A stretch of DNA of 64,000 nucleotides from Candidatus Omnitrophota bacterium (GCA_903944345.1 CAJARJ010000009.1:1875-65874); one strand, 5' to 3'; counted from the first letter of the stretch, positions 40,015-50,352 are shown. Program-made: numbers and translations. The notes: generated by a model not told the origin, from the letters alone.

Positions 40015-42090
40015 TCAACCCGCTAGAATACGTTCCAAATATTCGGGATAACGCCTTCGGATAGTCTGCAGGATCAAAGAATGTTTTTTAAGTCCCGCAT
40101 CCGTCTTTAAAAGATCCCCGGCCTCGGTCCTGGCAGTCTCAAGCAAGTCCAACTGAGTTAGCGGACTAACTACCTTCAAATCGTTAAGGCCATGCTGCTG
40201 ACGGCCAAAATACTGTCCCGGACCACGAATGGCCAAATCTTCACGGGCAATCTCAAACCCGTCGTGAGTATTGACAAAAGCATCGAGTCGGCGTACCGCA
40301 TCGACGCTCGAAGCCGAAGATAAAAGAATACACACCGCATTTTTCTCACCGCGACCAATACGTCCGCGCAGCTGATGCAACTGGGACAGCCCGAAACGAT
40401 GAGCATTCTCAATCACCATAACATTGGCATTGGGCACATCTATCCCGACCTCAAGTACCGTTGTTGTCACCAGTACATCCAGCTCCTGGCTCTTGAAACG
40501 ATTCATGACCTCTTTCGCCTCATCCCGCTTGAGGCGACCATGAATAAGCCCGACTCGCAATTGTGAGAAATCGCTGCTGACAAAACGCTGGTACATGTCT
40601 GTCGCCGCTTTGAGGTCTTCGGTTTCACTTTCTTCAATAATAGGATAAACGATGTACGCCTGGGTTCCTTTTACCACCCACTCCGCCACTCGCTGGTAAA
40701 CAGAATCGGACTGATCATCGGCAAAACGGTACGTCTTTGTCTGACCTCGCCCCTGGGGCCTGTGTGTAATCACAGAAACATCCAGATCCCCGTAAAGCGT
40801 CAAACAAAGAGACCTAGGAATAGGGGTTGCCGTCATCACCAGCACATCCGGCGGCATCCCTTTTGCAGTCAATACCGCCCGCTGTTTAACACCAAACTTG
40901 TGCTGTTCGTCCACACAAACAAAGCTAAGGGATTTGAACTGCACGTCTTGCGCAATCAGAGCATGGGTGCCAACCACAACATCCACCTTACCCTCAACGA
41001 TAGCTTTCAATAACTCGCCGCGCTCTTTCTTGGGCCGTGAGCTGCTCAGAAAAACAACCCGGAGATCTCCAAAAAGGCCCCCCGAGAAGTACCGAGAGAA
41101 ATTTGTAAAATGCTGTTCAGCAAGAATCTCGGTCGGCGCCATAATCGCCGCCTGAAAACCGTTAGTAACTGCCGCCAGACAGCCAAAAAAAGATACGATT
41201 GTCTTCCCGCTGCCGACATCACCCTGAAGCAATCGCAACATAGGGCGCGGACGGATCATGTCGGCACTGATATCCCGGATGGCCGCCAGCTGTCCGTCTG
41301 TTAGTGAAAAGGGAAGCGACCGCCTGAAACGCTCCAGAAGCTGAGCCGGCAAAACATGAGGACACCCCTTTCTTCCCGACAAGACCGACCGGCGCAAAAT
41401 GACGGAAATCTGGAAAAGAAAAAATTCCTCAAATGAAACCCGGCGTTCAGCTGCCTCCCGGGCCTTGTCGTCCTCCGGAAAATGAATACTCCGGATACAA
41501 AATGATAACGGCTCAAGCGACTGACGACTCCGGATGTCATCAGGGATCACATCAAGCAGCTGACCTGCACACTCCTCCAGACAGGAATGAACAAGCCTGC
41601 GCAAATATCTCTGGGAAACCCCCCGGGTCAAAGGATAAACCGGAACAATGCGGCCTGTGCTAAGAACAGCATCCTGTTTGTCAATAACCTCATATTCCGG
41701 ACTGACCATCTGCAAATGACCTTTAAACACTTCAACCCGACCATAAAGAACCAACTGCATCCCGACATGCAAATATTTCTCGAGATAAGACTGATTAAAC
41801 CAGATACATTTAATCCTCCCGGAATCATCCTCAATGACAGCTTCAAATAGATGCCTGGAGCGATGAAAGCCTTTGCGCGCTCCCACCGCCCGGACAAAGC
41901 CGGAAACAGTCTGCGCCCCATCAGAAATCAACCGGCTAATCGGCGTAATCTTTCTTCGATCTTCATAGCGACGGGGAAAAAGATATAGCAAATCCTCGAC
42001 AGAGGTGACGCCAAGATTAGCAAGAAGCCTTGCACGGGCAGGGCCCACCCCTTTGAGATACTGGACAGGAATCGATGATAGATCTTTCAT
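40015..42090 (-). CDS. recG: ATP-dependent DNA helicase RecG
   Basis: 691 aa: wedge domain then SF2 helicase motifs (GDVGSGKT, DEQHKFG, TATPIPR). Confidence 0.9.
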   Translation of the reverse strand: MKDLSSIPVQYLKGVGPARARLLANLGVTSVEDLLYLFPRRYEDRRKITPISRLISDGAQTVSGFVRAVGARKGFHRSRHLFEAVIEDDSGRIKCIWFNQSYLEKYLHVGMQLVLYGRVEVFKGHLQMVSPEYEVIDKQDAVLSTGRIVPVYPLTRGVSQRYLRRLVHSCLEECAGQLLDVIPDDIRSRQSLEPLSFCIRSIHFPEDDKAREAAERRVSFEEFFLFQISVILRRSVLSGRKGCPHVLPAQLLERFRRSLPFSLTDGQLAAIRDISADMIRPRPMLRLLQGDVGSGKTIVSFFGCLAAVTNGFQAAIMAPTEILAEQHFTNFSRYFSGGLFGDLRVVFLSSSRPKKERGELLKAIVEGKVDVVVGTHALIAQDVQFKSLSFVCVDEQHKFGVKQRAVLTAKGMPPDVLVMTATPIPRSLCLTLYGDLDVSVITHRPQGRGQTKTYRFADDQSDSVYQRVAEWVVKGTQAYIVYPIIEESETEDLKAATDMYQRFVSSDFSQLRVGLIHGRLKRDEAKEVMNRFKSQELDVLVTTTVLEVGIDVPNANVMVIENAHRFGLSQLHQLRGRIGRGEKNAVCILLSSASSVDAVRRLDAFVNTHDGFEIAREDLAIRGPGQYFGRQQHGLNDLKVVSPLTQLDLLETARTEAGDLLKTDAGLKKHSLILQTIRRRYPEYLERILAG

Positions 42091-42117
42091 GCGAGTAACA
42101 TAATTCCCGACGGCAAA

Positions 42118-43635
42118 CTATGCCGGCACAGAATGATCCTGCTCATAAAGACACTGTAGAAGTTCAAGCTCGTCCCGGTCAAACCATACCTGTCCACAGG
42201 TGCGACACCTGTCAATTTCGACAGTATACCTTGGATTAACAAAACGCCGCACCATCCTGGGGGCCGCATCTGCACAAGATGGACAAGGGATACTTTGCTC
42301 ATCAAACCCCGTATACCCGCCCCATGGCCGCGCCGGTAAAGGTTGATGCAGAATGGTTCTGGCCCGATCCTGAATGACTGAAGAAAATACCCGCTCACGT
42401 CTTTCCAGAATACGCAGGACATCCGGTTCTTTTATCAGAAACCCCTGACATTGAACACAAACAAGAACAGAAATGCCTTCGTAAGACGATTCTGTCAGTG
42501 TGGCGTGACAGCGGGGACAAGCATTCCGCAGGTTCCTCCCGGATGAAACTGCAAAAACGCCAGTATCCACGTTACCAGTTACTGAAAATGGCGGGGCTTC
42601 AGTCAAAGGCTGCTGCATACTCTGCTCCAACTCTTTCTCGGTCATATGCACCATATCCAGAAGTATAGCGATCCTTTTTCTGACCGGAGGATGAGTAGAA
42701 AAAAGTTCAGAGAAAAGGCTGTCCTGATCATCCATTGCCTGTCTGACAGGATTCTGGATGAAAATAGCCTCCATCCCCTGCCCGGGCAAACCAGCCCCTT
42801 TCCAGCGATGACTAATAATAAACAATGCCTCGGCCAATGCCAGAGGATTGCGCGTCAGGCGAACAGCCAGAGCATCAGCCCTGTACTCCCTTTCCCGGGA
42901 AATAAACAATGAGCCAAGAAAACCAAGAAATCGCAACACATTAACCAGCAAAAAAACAATAGCCAGCAGAAGAAAATACCCGTCGGCATCCCGCTTTCCC
43001 CTGCCCAGCCTGGTCCCACGCAGCATTAATCCGACAGCATCACAAATATTATCGAAAACCCTGAAAATGACCGAAGTGACAGTAGTCGAAAGGCAATCAC
43101 CGGAAGCGATATGCCCGGCTTCGTGCGCAACAACCGCCTCAATCTGCTCCCGTGAGAGCCGGCTGAGCAGTCCTCTGGTAATCCCGATCACACTGCGGCC
43201 TTCGAAGTCCTGCAAGGCGAAAGCATTAAGTGCCGCTGTCGGAATAATAAACGGTTCAATCCTGAATTTCCCGCCAGTCGCAACCTGAGCCTCCTCGACC
43301 ATATTACGAAGCATCTTTTCCTGAGCATCATCCGTCGAGGCTGGAGCGGCTTGCATCAACCCCAGAGCTTGATTAATCAAATTCCGGATTGACAGCTGCC
43401 AGTGAAACGTCCCCGCTAATCCGGCGCCGATAAAAGTCCACGCCACTAGCGGCCAATCAAATAGAGCTGCGGACGGCAAGGGATCCGTATAACTAATATA
43501 GGAACGAAACAGGAAATATTTACAGACAAGGACAATGATCAGCAGAGAAATAAAATAAAAAAAAACAAGACCCAGAAAGGAAAAAAAGATTGTCCTGGAT
43601 TTGTCTTTCTCGATCTGAACAAAAGAATACGCCAT
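42118..43635 (-). CDS. M48-family Zn metallopeptidase (HtpX-like) with two C-terminal zf-TFIIB-type zinc ribbons
   Basis: N-terminal TM pair, HEAGH Zn motif (VVAHEAGHIASGD), more TM helices, then CPRCH...CVQCQGFLIKEPDVLRIL and CPSC...CRTCGQVWFDRDELELL (CxxC...CxxCxGxWxDxxEL). Confidence 0.75.
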   Translation of the reverse strand: MAYSFVQIEKDKSRTIFFSFLGLVFFYFISLLIIVLVCKYFLFRSYISYTDPLPSAALFDWPLVAWTFIGAGLAGTFHWQLSIRNLINQALGLMQAAPASTDDAQEKMLRNMVEEAQVATGGKFRIEPFIIPTAALNAFALQDFEGRSVIGITRGLLSRLSREQIEAVVAHEAGHIASGDCLSTTVTSVIFRVFDNICDAVGLMLRGTRLGRGKRDADGYFLLLAIVFLLVNVLRFLGFLGSLFISREREYRADALAVRLTRNPLALAEALFIISHRWKGAGLPGQGMEAIFIQNPVRQAMDDQDSLFSELFSTHPPVRKRIAILLDMVHMTEKELEQSMQQPLTEAPPFSVTGNVDTGVFAVSSGRNLRNACPRCHATLTESSYEGISVLVCVQCQGFLIKEPDVLRILERRERVFSSVIQDRARTILHQPLPARPWGGYTGFDEQSIPCPSCADAAPRMVRRFVNPRYTVEIDRCRTCGQVWFDRDELELLQCLYEQDHSVPA

Positions 43636-43693
43636 TGAACCCCGGATTATTCTATAAATTCGAAACTATTACAGAACAATTGATCGAGAATCA

Positions 43694-44248
43694 TCAAAAC
43701 TTGACCTGAGGCACCACTCTTTCAGCAGGAGCATCCAGCTGAAAGAATTCTGCGGCTTTGAACGAAAACTGCCCCGCAATAATATTATTAGGAAAAATCT
43801 GAAGAGCGGCATTATAACGATTAACTTCATCATTATAAAACTGCCTGGCAAACCCGATCTTGTTCTCTGCGGTGGTCAGTTCCTCCATCACCCGGGACAT
43901 GGTCTGATCGGCTTTAAGCTGGGGATAATTTTCGGAAACAGCCAGCAGACTCCGCAAAGTCGAAGTAAGCATATTCTCCGCCGCGAGCTTGTCTTTTACT
44001 GTGCTGGCATCTACCGCCATCTGCCGTGCTTTAGTGACACTCTCCAGAGTCCCGCGCTCGTGAGCCATATAACCCTTGGCGGTTTCAACAAGATTGGGAA
44101 TCAAATCGTGCCTGCGCTTAAGCTGAACATCAATCTGCGCCCAGGCATTCTGCACCGACACTTTCATCTGCACGAGGGAGTTATAAATCCCGACAAAAGA
44201 CATGACAAGCAAAACAGCCAGACCAAGAAGAACCAAAATCGGCATCAT
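43694..44248 (-). CDS. lemA: LemA-family protein
   Basis: N-terminal TM then a LemA domain (NAWAQIDVQLKRRHDLIPNLVETAKGY). ATG at 44248/44245 with GGAGGAG upstream; the ORF-track extension to 44341 is unlikely. Confidence 0.8.
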   Translation of the reverse strand: MMPILVLLGLAVLLVMSFVGIYNSLVQMKVSVQNAWAQIDVQLKRRHDLIPNLVETAKGYMAHERGTLESVTKARQMAVDASTVKDKLAAENMLTSTLRSLLAVSENYPQLKADQTMSRVMEELTTAENKIGFARQFYNDEVNRYNAALQIFPNNIIAGQFSFKAAEFFQLDAPAERVVPQVKF

Positions 44249-44286
44249 AACTCCTCCATTCCATTGTCGACCTGTTTGATCCGGAC

Positions 44287-44679
44287 TCAGTGCAACCGCC
44301 GCACCACACGCTTGACCTGCAACTGATACGCACGCTGGCATTCTTTCTGTAAATCAAAATCCAGCATAAAATCCTGCAAAGTATCCTCATCCCTGCGGCT
44401 TAAAAGGCCATGCTCGATCATGATAAAAACAATCCTGCCAATATCCAGCGGAGTCTGGATCCCCCAGGTCTGCAGGACATAGAACGCCAGCGAACCAAAC
44501 TTTCTGACGGCCAGAGACTTGACCCCCTCAACCAGCTCCTGACCGGAAACATGCGAAGTCCGGCGGAAACACTTTTGAGTAAAGGACAACCCTTCCAGAA
44601 CAAACTCGTAAGCATCCAACGCGTAACGACTGTCGGCATGTACGATTTTGACGAAGTATTCATTTATGTCTGTACTCAT
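44287..44679 (-). CDS. hypothetical protein (130 aa, family not recognised)
   Basis: ORF MSTDINEYFVKIVHADSRYALDAYEFVLEGL...; the start is placed at the ATG (44679) 7 nt downstream of an extended -10. Confidence 0.5.
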   Translation of the reverse strand: MSTDINEYFVKIVHADSRYALDAYEFVLEGLSFTQKCFRRTSHVSGQELVEGVKSLAVRKFGSLAFYVLQTWGIQTPLDIGRIVFIMIEHGLLSRRDEDTLQDFMLDFDLQKECQRAYQLQVKRVVRRLH

Positions 44680-44686
44680 AAAGCGG

Positions 44687-44695
44687 ATTATAACA
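44687..44695 (-). promoter_or_regulatory. extended -10 element (TGTTATAAT) 7 nt upstream of the ATG, implying a leaderless or near-leaderless transcript
   Basis: Minus-strand reading ...CCCGTTATGTTATAATCCGCTTTATGAGTACAGAC, with no RBS between the -10 and the ATG. Confidence 0.4.
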
Positions 44696-44761
44696 TAACG
44701 GGAATCAAGAAAGAAAAATTTGCTGCTGAAAAGAAAATAATCCGTGAGATAATTCATTTCT

Positions 44762-45208
44762 ATGCCCTGGTTCCTGCGTCTGACATGGTTCGGATATTGC
44801 CTGCTTTTTGCCAGCTCCTCTTCAGGTACGCTGGCCTCTCTATTAAATGAGCAGGGTCAACTGTTCTGCTACTATCAAATGCTGCTGGCGCTCTCCCCCG
44901 GGGCAATCTTTGCCTACTGCTGTGCCATATGCGCCAGTATTATGAACATCATCAGTCTCTGGCCGCTCTTGTGCCATACTCTTGATATCCCCTCTTCTGG
45001 CAAGAACGCCCTGAAACTTCTGCTCTTGCTGAGAATCGTTCTGGAAATCCCGGCGCACAACTTTGAATGGCAGGAATTCAAAGCTCTCCAACACACAAAT
45101 CCGGGTGTTGCCACAGGCATTCTTTTCTTTAGTCTGCTCTTATTGTTGCCCTCTTACAGCGCCTTCCTGCAACAAGCCATGGGAAAACGCACAAGAAATG
45201 ACCAATGA
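44762..45208 (+). CDS. possible small hydrophobic membrane protein (148 aa), doubtful
   Basis: Uninterrupted plus-strand ORF rich in Leu/Cys/Trp in an otherwise gene-free stretch, upstream of the DUF3307 gene. No RBS or promoter identified. Confidence 0.3.
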   Translation: MPWFLRLTWFGYCLLFASSSSGTLASLLNEQGQLFCYYQMLLALSPGAIFAYCCAICASIMNIISLWPLLCHTLDIPSSGKNALKLLLLLRIVLEIPAHNFEWQEFKALQHTNPGVATGILFFSLLLLLPSYSAFLQQAMGKRTRNDQ

Positions 45209-45222
45209 ATGAGTAAAATTCC

Positions 45223-45250
45223 TTGCAGTCACAACGGATTAGGTTAGAAT
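45223..45250 (+). promoter_or_regulatory. candidate sigma70-type promoter for the DUF3307 gene
   Basis: TTGCAG, then 16 nt, then TAGAAT, about 33 nt upstream of AGGGGA-N7-ATG at 45284. Confidence 0.45.
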
Positions 45251-45283
45251 AATAACAAAATTCCGTCGAAAGGGGACGCCTGC

Positions 45284-46021
45284 ATGTTTATATATATCCG
45301 TTTGCTCCTGGCGCATCTTATAGGAGACTTCCCCCTGCAATTAAATCCTGTTTTCAATCTCAAACAAAAAAGCCTTCTGGGGGGCATCCCGCACGCTCTC
45401 ATTATTGTAATCTGCTCGCTGCTACTGATGTGGCCTTACCTCAATCATCCGGCAACCTGGCATTTTGCTTTCTTTATTGGTTCCGTTCACCTCTTGCAAG
45501 ATTGGATCAAACTGCGTTGTACCGTTCCCCGGCTCAGCTTCTGGACCTATATTGCTGACCAGCTTTCGCATGCCGGAGTGCTCGCATTAATCTTTTTTAC
45601 CGACCTGCCCGTGTTCGCTCTTCCGACAGACTCAGGGAACCCGCTTCTTCAACTTTACTGTAACGACCACGTTATTGTTTATTGTATTGCCCTTATCCTG
45701 GCAACTTATAACGGCTTTTACATGATCAGAAACTTCAAAGATTCATTCTTCCTTAAGCCGGAACAACACACAGCGTTTGAAAAATGGTATGGAATAGTGG
45801 AGCGGGCTCTGATTGTAACTTGCTTTTATCTGGCTGGATCAACACTCTACTTGCTTCCGGCCATGCTGCTGATCAGACCCCTGCTGATTCTATGGCCAAA
45901 GAATCCCTTAAAACTTGCAGCAACCTTTGCTTCTTTAACAGAAATTTCCCTGAGCTGGCTGATTGGATTGTTGTGCGGCTATATTCTATTCCTGTTTCAG
46001 GCCGGTTACCCGATAAATTGA
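45284..46021 (+). CDS. polytopic membrane protein, DUF3307-like
   Basis: 245 aa with 6-7 hydrophobic helices and an N-terminal LLLAHLIGDFPLQ motif that I recall as the DUF3307 signature (from memory, unverified). Its 3' end overlaps the convergent cyclase gene by 36 bp. Confidence 0.55.
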   Translation: MFIYIRLLLAHLIGDFPLQLNPVFNLKQKSLLGGIPHALIIVICSLLLMWPYLNHPATWHFAFFIGSVHLLQDWIKLRCTVPRLSFWTYIADQLSHAGVLALIFFTDLPVFALPTDSGNPLLQLYCNDHVIVYCIALILATYNGFYMIRNFKDSFFLKPEQHTAFEKWYGIVERALIVTCFYLAGSTLYLLPAMLLIRPLLILWPKNPLKLAATFASLTEISLSWLIGLLCGYILFLFQAGYPIN

Positions 46022-48247
46022 AATCGGCTTGACCTTGCCCTTGACGGCAATCGGCTCCAGTTTTTCCACCTGAATGTGGTCTGCCACCGAAAAATATGTG
46101 GTTTCACTGATAATAATCTCGTCTTTGCCCGCAGCAGAGCACAGCCGGGCTCCGAGATTCACATTATCACCAATAACTGTATAATCCATTCGCTCGACCG
46201 ACCCCATATTCCCAACAACCATATCACCCGTATTAATACCAATACCGATATGTAAAACCGGTTTGTTCTGCTGAATCCAGAGAGACTGCAGTTCCCGCAT
46301 CCGGGTCTGAATATCAATCGCCATCCTCACCGTCATCAGAGCATGATTACTCAAATGCCGATTCCCTGGCGCACCAAAGAAAGCCATAAGTTCATCACCC
46401 ACAAACTTGTCCAGTGTGCCGTTATATTTAAATACAATCTTGACCTGTTCCGAAAGAATTTCATTAAGCATGGCCACAACTTCTTCGGGCTGACGCGTTT
46501 CAGAAAAAGCTGTAAAACCACGGACATCCGAAAAGAAAACAGTTAACATCCGTCTTTCTCCCCCCAGCTTCAGGCGGGAAGGATCATTCATAAGTTCCGT
46601 AATAACATCGGAAGACAGATAGTGACTGAAAGCTTTCTTGATCCACAGCTTCTCTCTTTCTTCAGTCAGAAAACGAAAACAGGTAATAGCCGAGAACCCG
46701 AAAACAACAATCCCGAAAGGCCCTACCAGATCCACCCACCATCCGAAACGAACAAAAAGATACAAGGAAAGAAAGAAGTATAAAACAGCATACCCCATCG
46801 TCAGGACGAACCCAAGGGGAAGACTTAAAAGCGAGCTAAGGGCAACAACCAGGGCAGTAAGAATAAAAACAGCGAAAAGCAAAGGCCCGTCCACCCTGCG
46901 GATAAAGTCTTCGTTTAAAATAGTATTAATCAGGTTGGCATGCAGCCCCACCATCGGATACTTTTCCTGCAAAGGAATCGGACTCAGGTCATTTGTTCCG
47001 GTAGCGGTCAAGCCAATAACACAAATCTTGCCACTGACTACTGACCGGAGCTGCTGCAAAAGCTCTGCTTCCGTCTTGCGCAAATAGGCGATAGCCGAAG
47101 CGTCAGATAAAGAAGCCTCCAGTTCCCCGCGCAAATGCTCTCTAAGCTGTGCAAGACGAAGAATCGCATAGTAAGGAAGATGGGCAAACGACTCTCCCCA
47201 ACGGCCAGCCCAATTAATCAGCATCTTGCCCTGGGCATCGACCGGAATAACTATGTCCTTGTTCTTCCCTTGGATTGCGGCGTTCTTGAGCACAATAGCC
47301 CCACGCCTGGCCTCAACTTTCTCCACTGACAGATAATCCATAATAGCGGACACCGATAATTGCGCGTAAAGCCGGTCTTCGTGCTTTTGGAAAAGCGAAA
47401 CTCTGCGATTAACACCATCAATATCCGGTCCGGCATTTATGTACCCTCCGCCACGGATTGCGCGCACATATTCGAGAATAGGCACAGACTGATCCGCGGG
47501 CTCTTCAGCAAAAGGCCAGATGGCTTGGCCGGCATCCCTGGCAAACCTGGAGAAATAAAGACGTGCCGCTTTCTGCACCTTAAAATGATCCTGAATATAG
47601 AGCTCGTCTTCAGGAAATAAAAACCAACCGCGGGTTTCTTCAACTTTCTCGAACAAATGATCAATAGAAATCTCCGGTTCCAGACGTAGAACGTCATGCA
47701 CCGTCTCATCTAGCAGCATCTTTCTGCTTTGTGTCAACTTTTCCCTGGCGGAAACAATATCAATGCCCAGTTTTTCTGCGACCATCTCGGGAGTTGCGGA
47801 GATATCCTTGAGCAGAAGTTCTTTAAGCCCGGGAGGAGGTGGCAAAGAGGGCTCAACAAAATAGAATGGAAGATACGTTAACCCGCCTTTGGCCATAGCC
47901 TCGGCAAAGGCAATGTCCTGTTCGGGGAACTCCTTGTGCTCCTCGGAAAATATAATATCCATCAGGATCTGCCTTGCCTGGCATTCCTTGAGAATACTGG
48001 TCATCTGGGCATGATAGGTTCTTGGCCACGGCCAACGACCCAAGGCAGCCAGACTCTGGTCATCCATATCGATATGGACCACAGAACTGGTGCCGGCACG
48101 TGCTCCCTTGAAAACAAAACGAAGATCCAGTGCTTTAAGTTCGAGGATTTGATAGGGCTTGCTTTCTATGGAACAAAAAACAAGCAGAGCAAGAAAAAGC
48201 GTGACCCCGAAACAGACAAGAAACTTGAACAGGGTCTTATTATTCAC
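45986..48247 (-). CDS. CHASE2-sensor membrane adenylate/guanylate cyclase (class III)
   Basis: 753 aa: N-terminal TM, periplasmic CHASE2 region (WPWPRTYHAQM...), TM cluster, then the cyclase domain with metal-binding Asp in LTVFFSDVRGFT and KFVGDELMAFFGAP. Confidence 0.8.
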   Translation of the reverse strand: MNNKTLFKFLVCFGVTLFLALLVFCSIESKPYQILELKALDLRFVFKGARAGTSSVVHIDMDDQSLAALGRWPWPRTYHAQMTSILKECQARQILMDIIFSEEHKEFPEQDIAFAEAMAKGGLTYLPFYFVEPSLPPPPGLKELLLKDISATPEMVAEKLGIDIVSAREKLTQSRKMLLDETVHDVLRLEPEISIDHLFEKVEETRGWFLFPEDELYIQDHFKVQKAARLYFSRFARDAGQAIWPFAEEPADQSVPILEYVRAIRGGGYINAGPDIDGVNRRVSLFQKHEDRLYAQLSVSAIMDYLSVEKVEARRGAIVLKNAAIQGKNKDIVIPVDAQGKMLINWAGRWGESFAHLPYYAILRLAQLREHLRGELEASLSDASAIAYLRKTEAELLQQLRSVVSGKICVIGLTATGTNDLSPIPLQEKYPMVGLHANLINTILNEDFIRRVDGPLLFAVFILTALVVALSSLLSLPLGFVLTMGYAVLYFFLSLYLFVRFGWWVDLVGPFGIVVFGFSAITCFRFLTEEREKLWIKKAFSHYLSSDVITELMNDPSRLKLGGERRMLTVFFSDVRGFTAFSETRQPEEVVAMLNEILSEQVKIVFKYNGTLDKFVGDELMAFFGAPGNRHLSNHALMTVRMAIDIQTRMRELQSLWIQQNKPVLHIGIGINTGDMVVGNMGSVERMDYTVIGDNVNLGARLCSAAGKDEIIISETTYFSVADHIQVEKLEPIAVKGKVKPISIYRVTGLKQE

Positions 48248-48272
48248 GGCACAGCCATTTCAGAATTACAAA

Positions 48273-49292
48273 CTAGAATTTATAATACGTCGACAAAGAA
48301 ATCAGTGAACCTGAATAGCGGTCGACCGGTTCGTTGGATGAATTCTGTCGATAAGTATAATTCAATCCAAAAGACAAAGACTTGCTCATTGTATAAAACA
48401 ACGCAGCTGTAGCTAACGAGGCTTTGTCGGACTGAGTTCGGGTGTCGTCATCCAGCAGTGTGCGGCTTCTATAATCACGAAACTGCCAACTATAGGAAAG
48501 AAAACCCGACCAAGTCTTGTTAAAAAGATGGGTCAGTGAACCCCCCAGTTTATAAGCATCGTAATCATAATAATTAAGATAAGTATCATTCGCGTTATTA
48601 TTGGTGTACTGGGCATTCACTCTGAGCAAATCTTTCTGAAAGTACCTTCCAATCTCATAACCCAAAACATTGCGCCAATCCGCTCTTTCTTTGTCTGTGT
48701 TGGCAGCGAAATCTGTACGCGTGTAGCGATCCAGATAGTTGCGCAACATGATGTTGTAAGAAACCGCATGAAACAACTTGCTGGATAATTGCTGGCGCAA
48801 CTTGAAATCCAGAGCGTTTTCAAGATAGTCATCGTGTGGATCGGAGTTCTTGGCATGCCAATAAGCGACACTGTCCAGGCTGTATCCAGCAGAAAGTGTA
48901 AATTCCTTGGAAAGCTTATGTTCACCGCCAAGCCTGATGCCATTGCGAGTCAGGTCCAGATCTCTTTCCCCGGCATATGCCAGATTCATCATTTCATAAT
49001 CAACCAGCACATCAGTTTTGACTGACAAGGGAGAACGGAATGAAGCCTTCATAAATGTTTGGCCGAAACCGTCAGCATCTCTAGTACTGTTAAGATGCGT
49101 ATTGTTATCGTACCCGCCGGTCAATGCCGTAAGAAAACTGAATTTACCTTTGTCCAGAATTGTTTTCTGCGGTTCGAGATAAATCTTTTTTGTTTTCAAC
49201 TGAAACTTTTCGGCGGCATCTACCGAAGCCAGACCAGAACAACAAAAAACAGCCAGAATCCCAACGGCAAACAATATCTTATTTGTCTTCAT
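48273..49292 (-). CDS. outer-membrane beta-barrel protein, family not assigned
   Basis: Signal peptide MKTNKILFAVGILAVFCCSGLASVDAA (start at ATG about 49292; ORF track extends to 49370), alternating amphipathic beta-strand pattern, C-terminal STYYKF. Confidence 0.6.
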   Translation of the reverse strand: MKTNKILFAVGILAVFCCSGLASVDAAEKFQLKTKKIYLEPQKTILDKGKFSFLTALTGGYDNNTHLNSTRDADGFGQTFMKASFRSPLSVKTDVLVDYEMMNLAYAGERDLDLTRNGIRLGGEHKLSKEFTLSAGYSLDSVAYWHAKNSDPHDDYLENALDFKLRQQLSSKLFHAVSYNIMLRNYLDRYTRTDFAANTDKERADWRNVLGYEIGRYFQKDLLRVNAQYTNNNANDTYLNYYDYDAYKLGGSLTHLFNKTWSGFLSYSWQFRDYRSRTLLDDDTRTQSDKASLATAALFYTMSKSLSFGLNYTYRQNSSNEPVDRYSGSLISLSTYYKF

Positions 49293-49363
49293 CGCTTCTC
49301 CCTTATCGCATTCAGGATCATCCAGCATCCAGTTCAATCTTCTAAATGCAAAACTCATATCTG

Positions 49364-50296
49364 CTAACATTCTTCGCCTTCACATTCCCCCTGGTACTCG
49401 TTCTCCGGCTGATAGAAAGGCGGTTCATAATCCTCATATGAATTCTGAAAAGAATCGTCATAGGAGTCATGTGTATCTCTGATTTCATCCAGAGTTTCCA
49501 TCGCCTTGATCTCATCCACAAACTCCTTGGTCTCCGCAACAATTTCTGTTGTCTGTAACTCTTCGGAGATTTGTTCTATCTCTTCAACAATCTCCTGCTC
49601 ACCCGGGAGGTCGTCCTGCGGCTCCTGTTGATCAGGGAGTTCGCGGGTTTCTCTACCTTCACTATGCTCAAATACTCGCTCGAAAACCCTGTCCGAACGC
49701 CGGAAATCCCTGTCGGTAATCTGAGAGAACGACCCCGGCTCCGAAAAACGTTCAATCAGGGTCTTGAAACCTTCCGGCAACATCAGTTCCGCAAGCTGCT
49801 GGTTATCCTCATCAAATGTTTTAATAAATACCGTATCCTTAATAGCCATGACTTCATCGGTGTCTTTCTCAACATAAACAGACAAACTGCTGCCTCTTAC
49901 CCCGGCGATAGCCGAAGGAGTATTAATTTCAAAACTTAAACCAGACTTGATGTTTTCAAGATTCGCATAAACACGGCCTTTGGAAAGATCCAGCCGATCA
50001 ATGATTCCTGGAGCAGAAGAATTCAGCACAACCTGAGTCTTTTGCTCGATTCTGATCGTATTTTTCTTGTCAGTATCCAGGGCAATATCAACCAGAGAAT
50101 TCCTTGCGGTACGAACAACGTCGCCTATCCCCAGCTGCATGCCAGTTTCGACTTTCTTCCAATCGCTTGCCTGCGCAGACATGGTCTGGACACTCCCCTG
50201 CACAAAGACAACTTCTGCCGCGAAAGAAATCATCTGGAATATGGCAACAAGCACAAGCGCCAGAATTCCCGAAAGAAAAGTTTGCTGTTTTTTCAT
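49364..50296 (-). CDS. FecR-domain secreted protein with acidic C-terminal tail ending in CEGEEC
   Basis: Signal peptide, then FecR-like region (VQGSVQ...ETGMQLGIGDVVRTARNSLVDIAL...RVYANLE), then a D/E-rich tail. Confidence 0.65.
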   Translation of the reverse strand: MKKQQTFLSGILALVLVAIFQMISFAAEVVFVQGSVQTMSAQASDWKKVETGMQLGIGDVVRTARNSLVDIALDTDKKNTIRIEQKTQVVLNSSAPGIIDRLDLSKGRVYANLENIKSGLSFEINTPSAIAGVRGSSLSVYVEKDTDEVMAIKDTVFIKTFDEDNQQLAELMLPEGFKTLIERFSEPGSFSQITDRDFRRSDRVFERVFEHSEGRETRELPDQQEPQDDLPGEQEIVEEIEQISEELQTTEIVAETKEFVDEIKAMETLDEIRDTHDSYDDSFQNSYEDYEPPFYQPENEYQGECEGEEC

Positions 50297-50352
50297 ACCA
50301 GAGGCTCCCTTTTATTCAAGATATCAAATCCATTCTACCGCTCTTCGTATCG

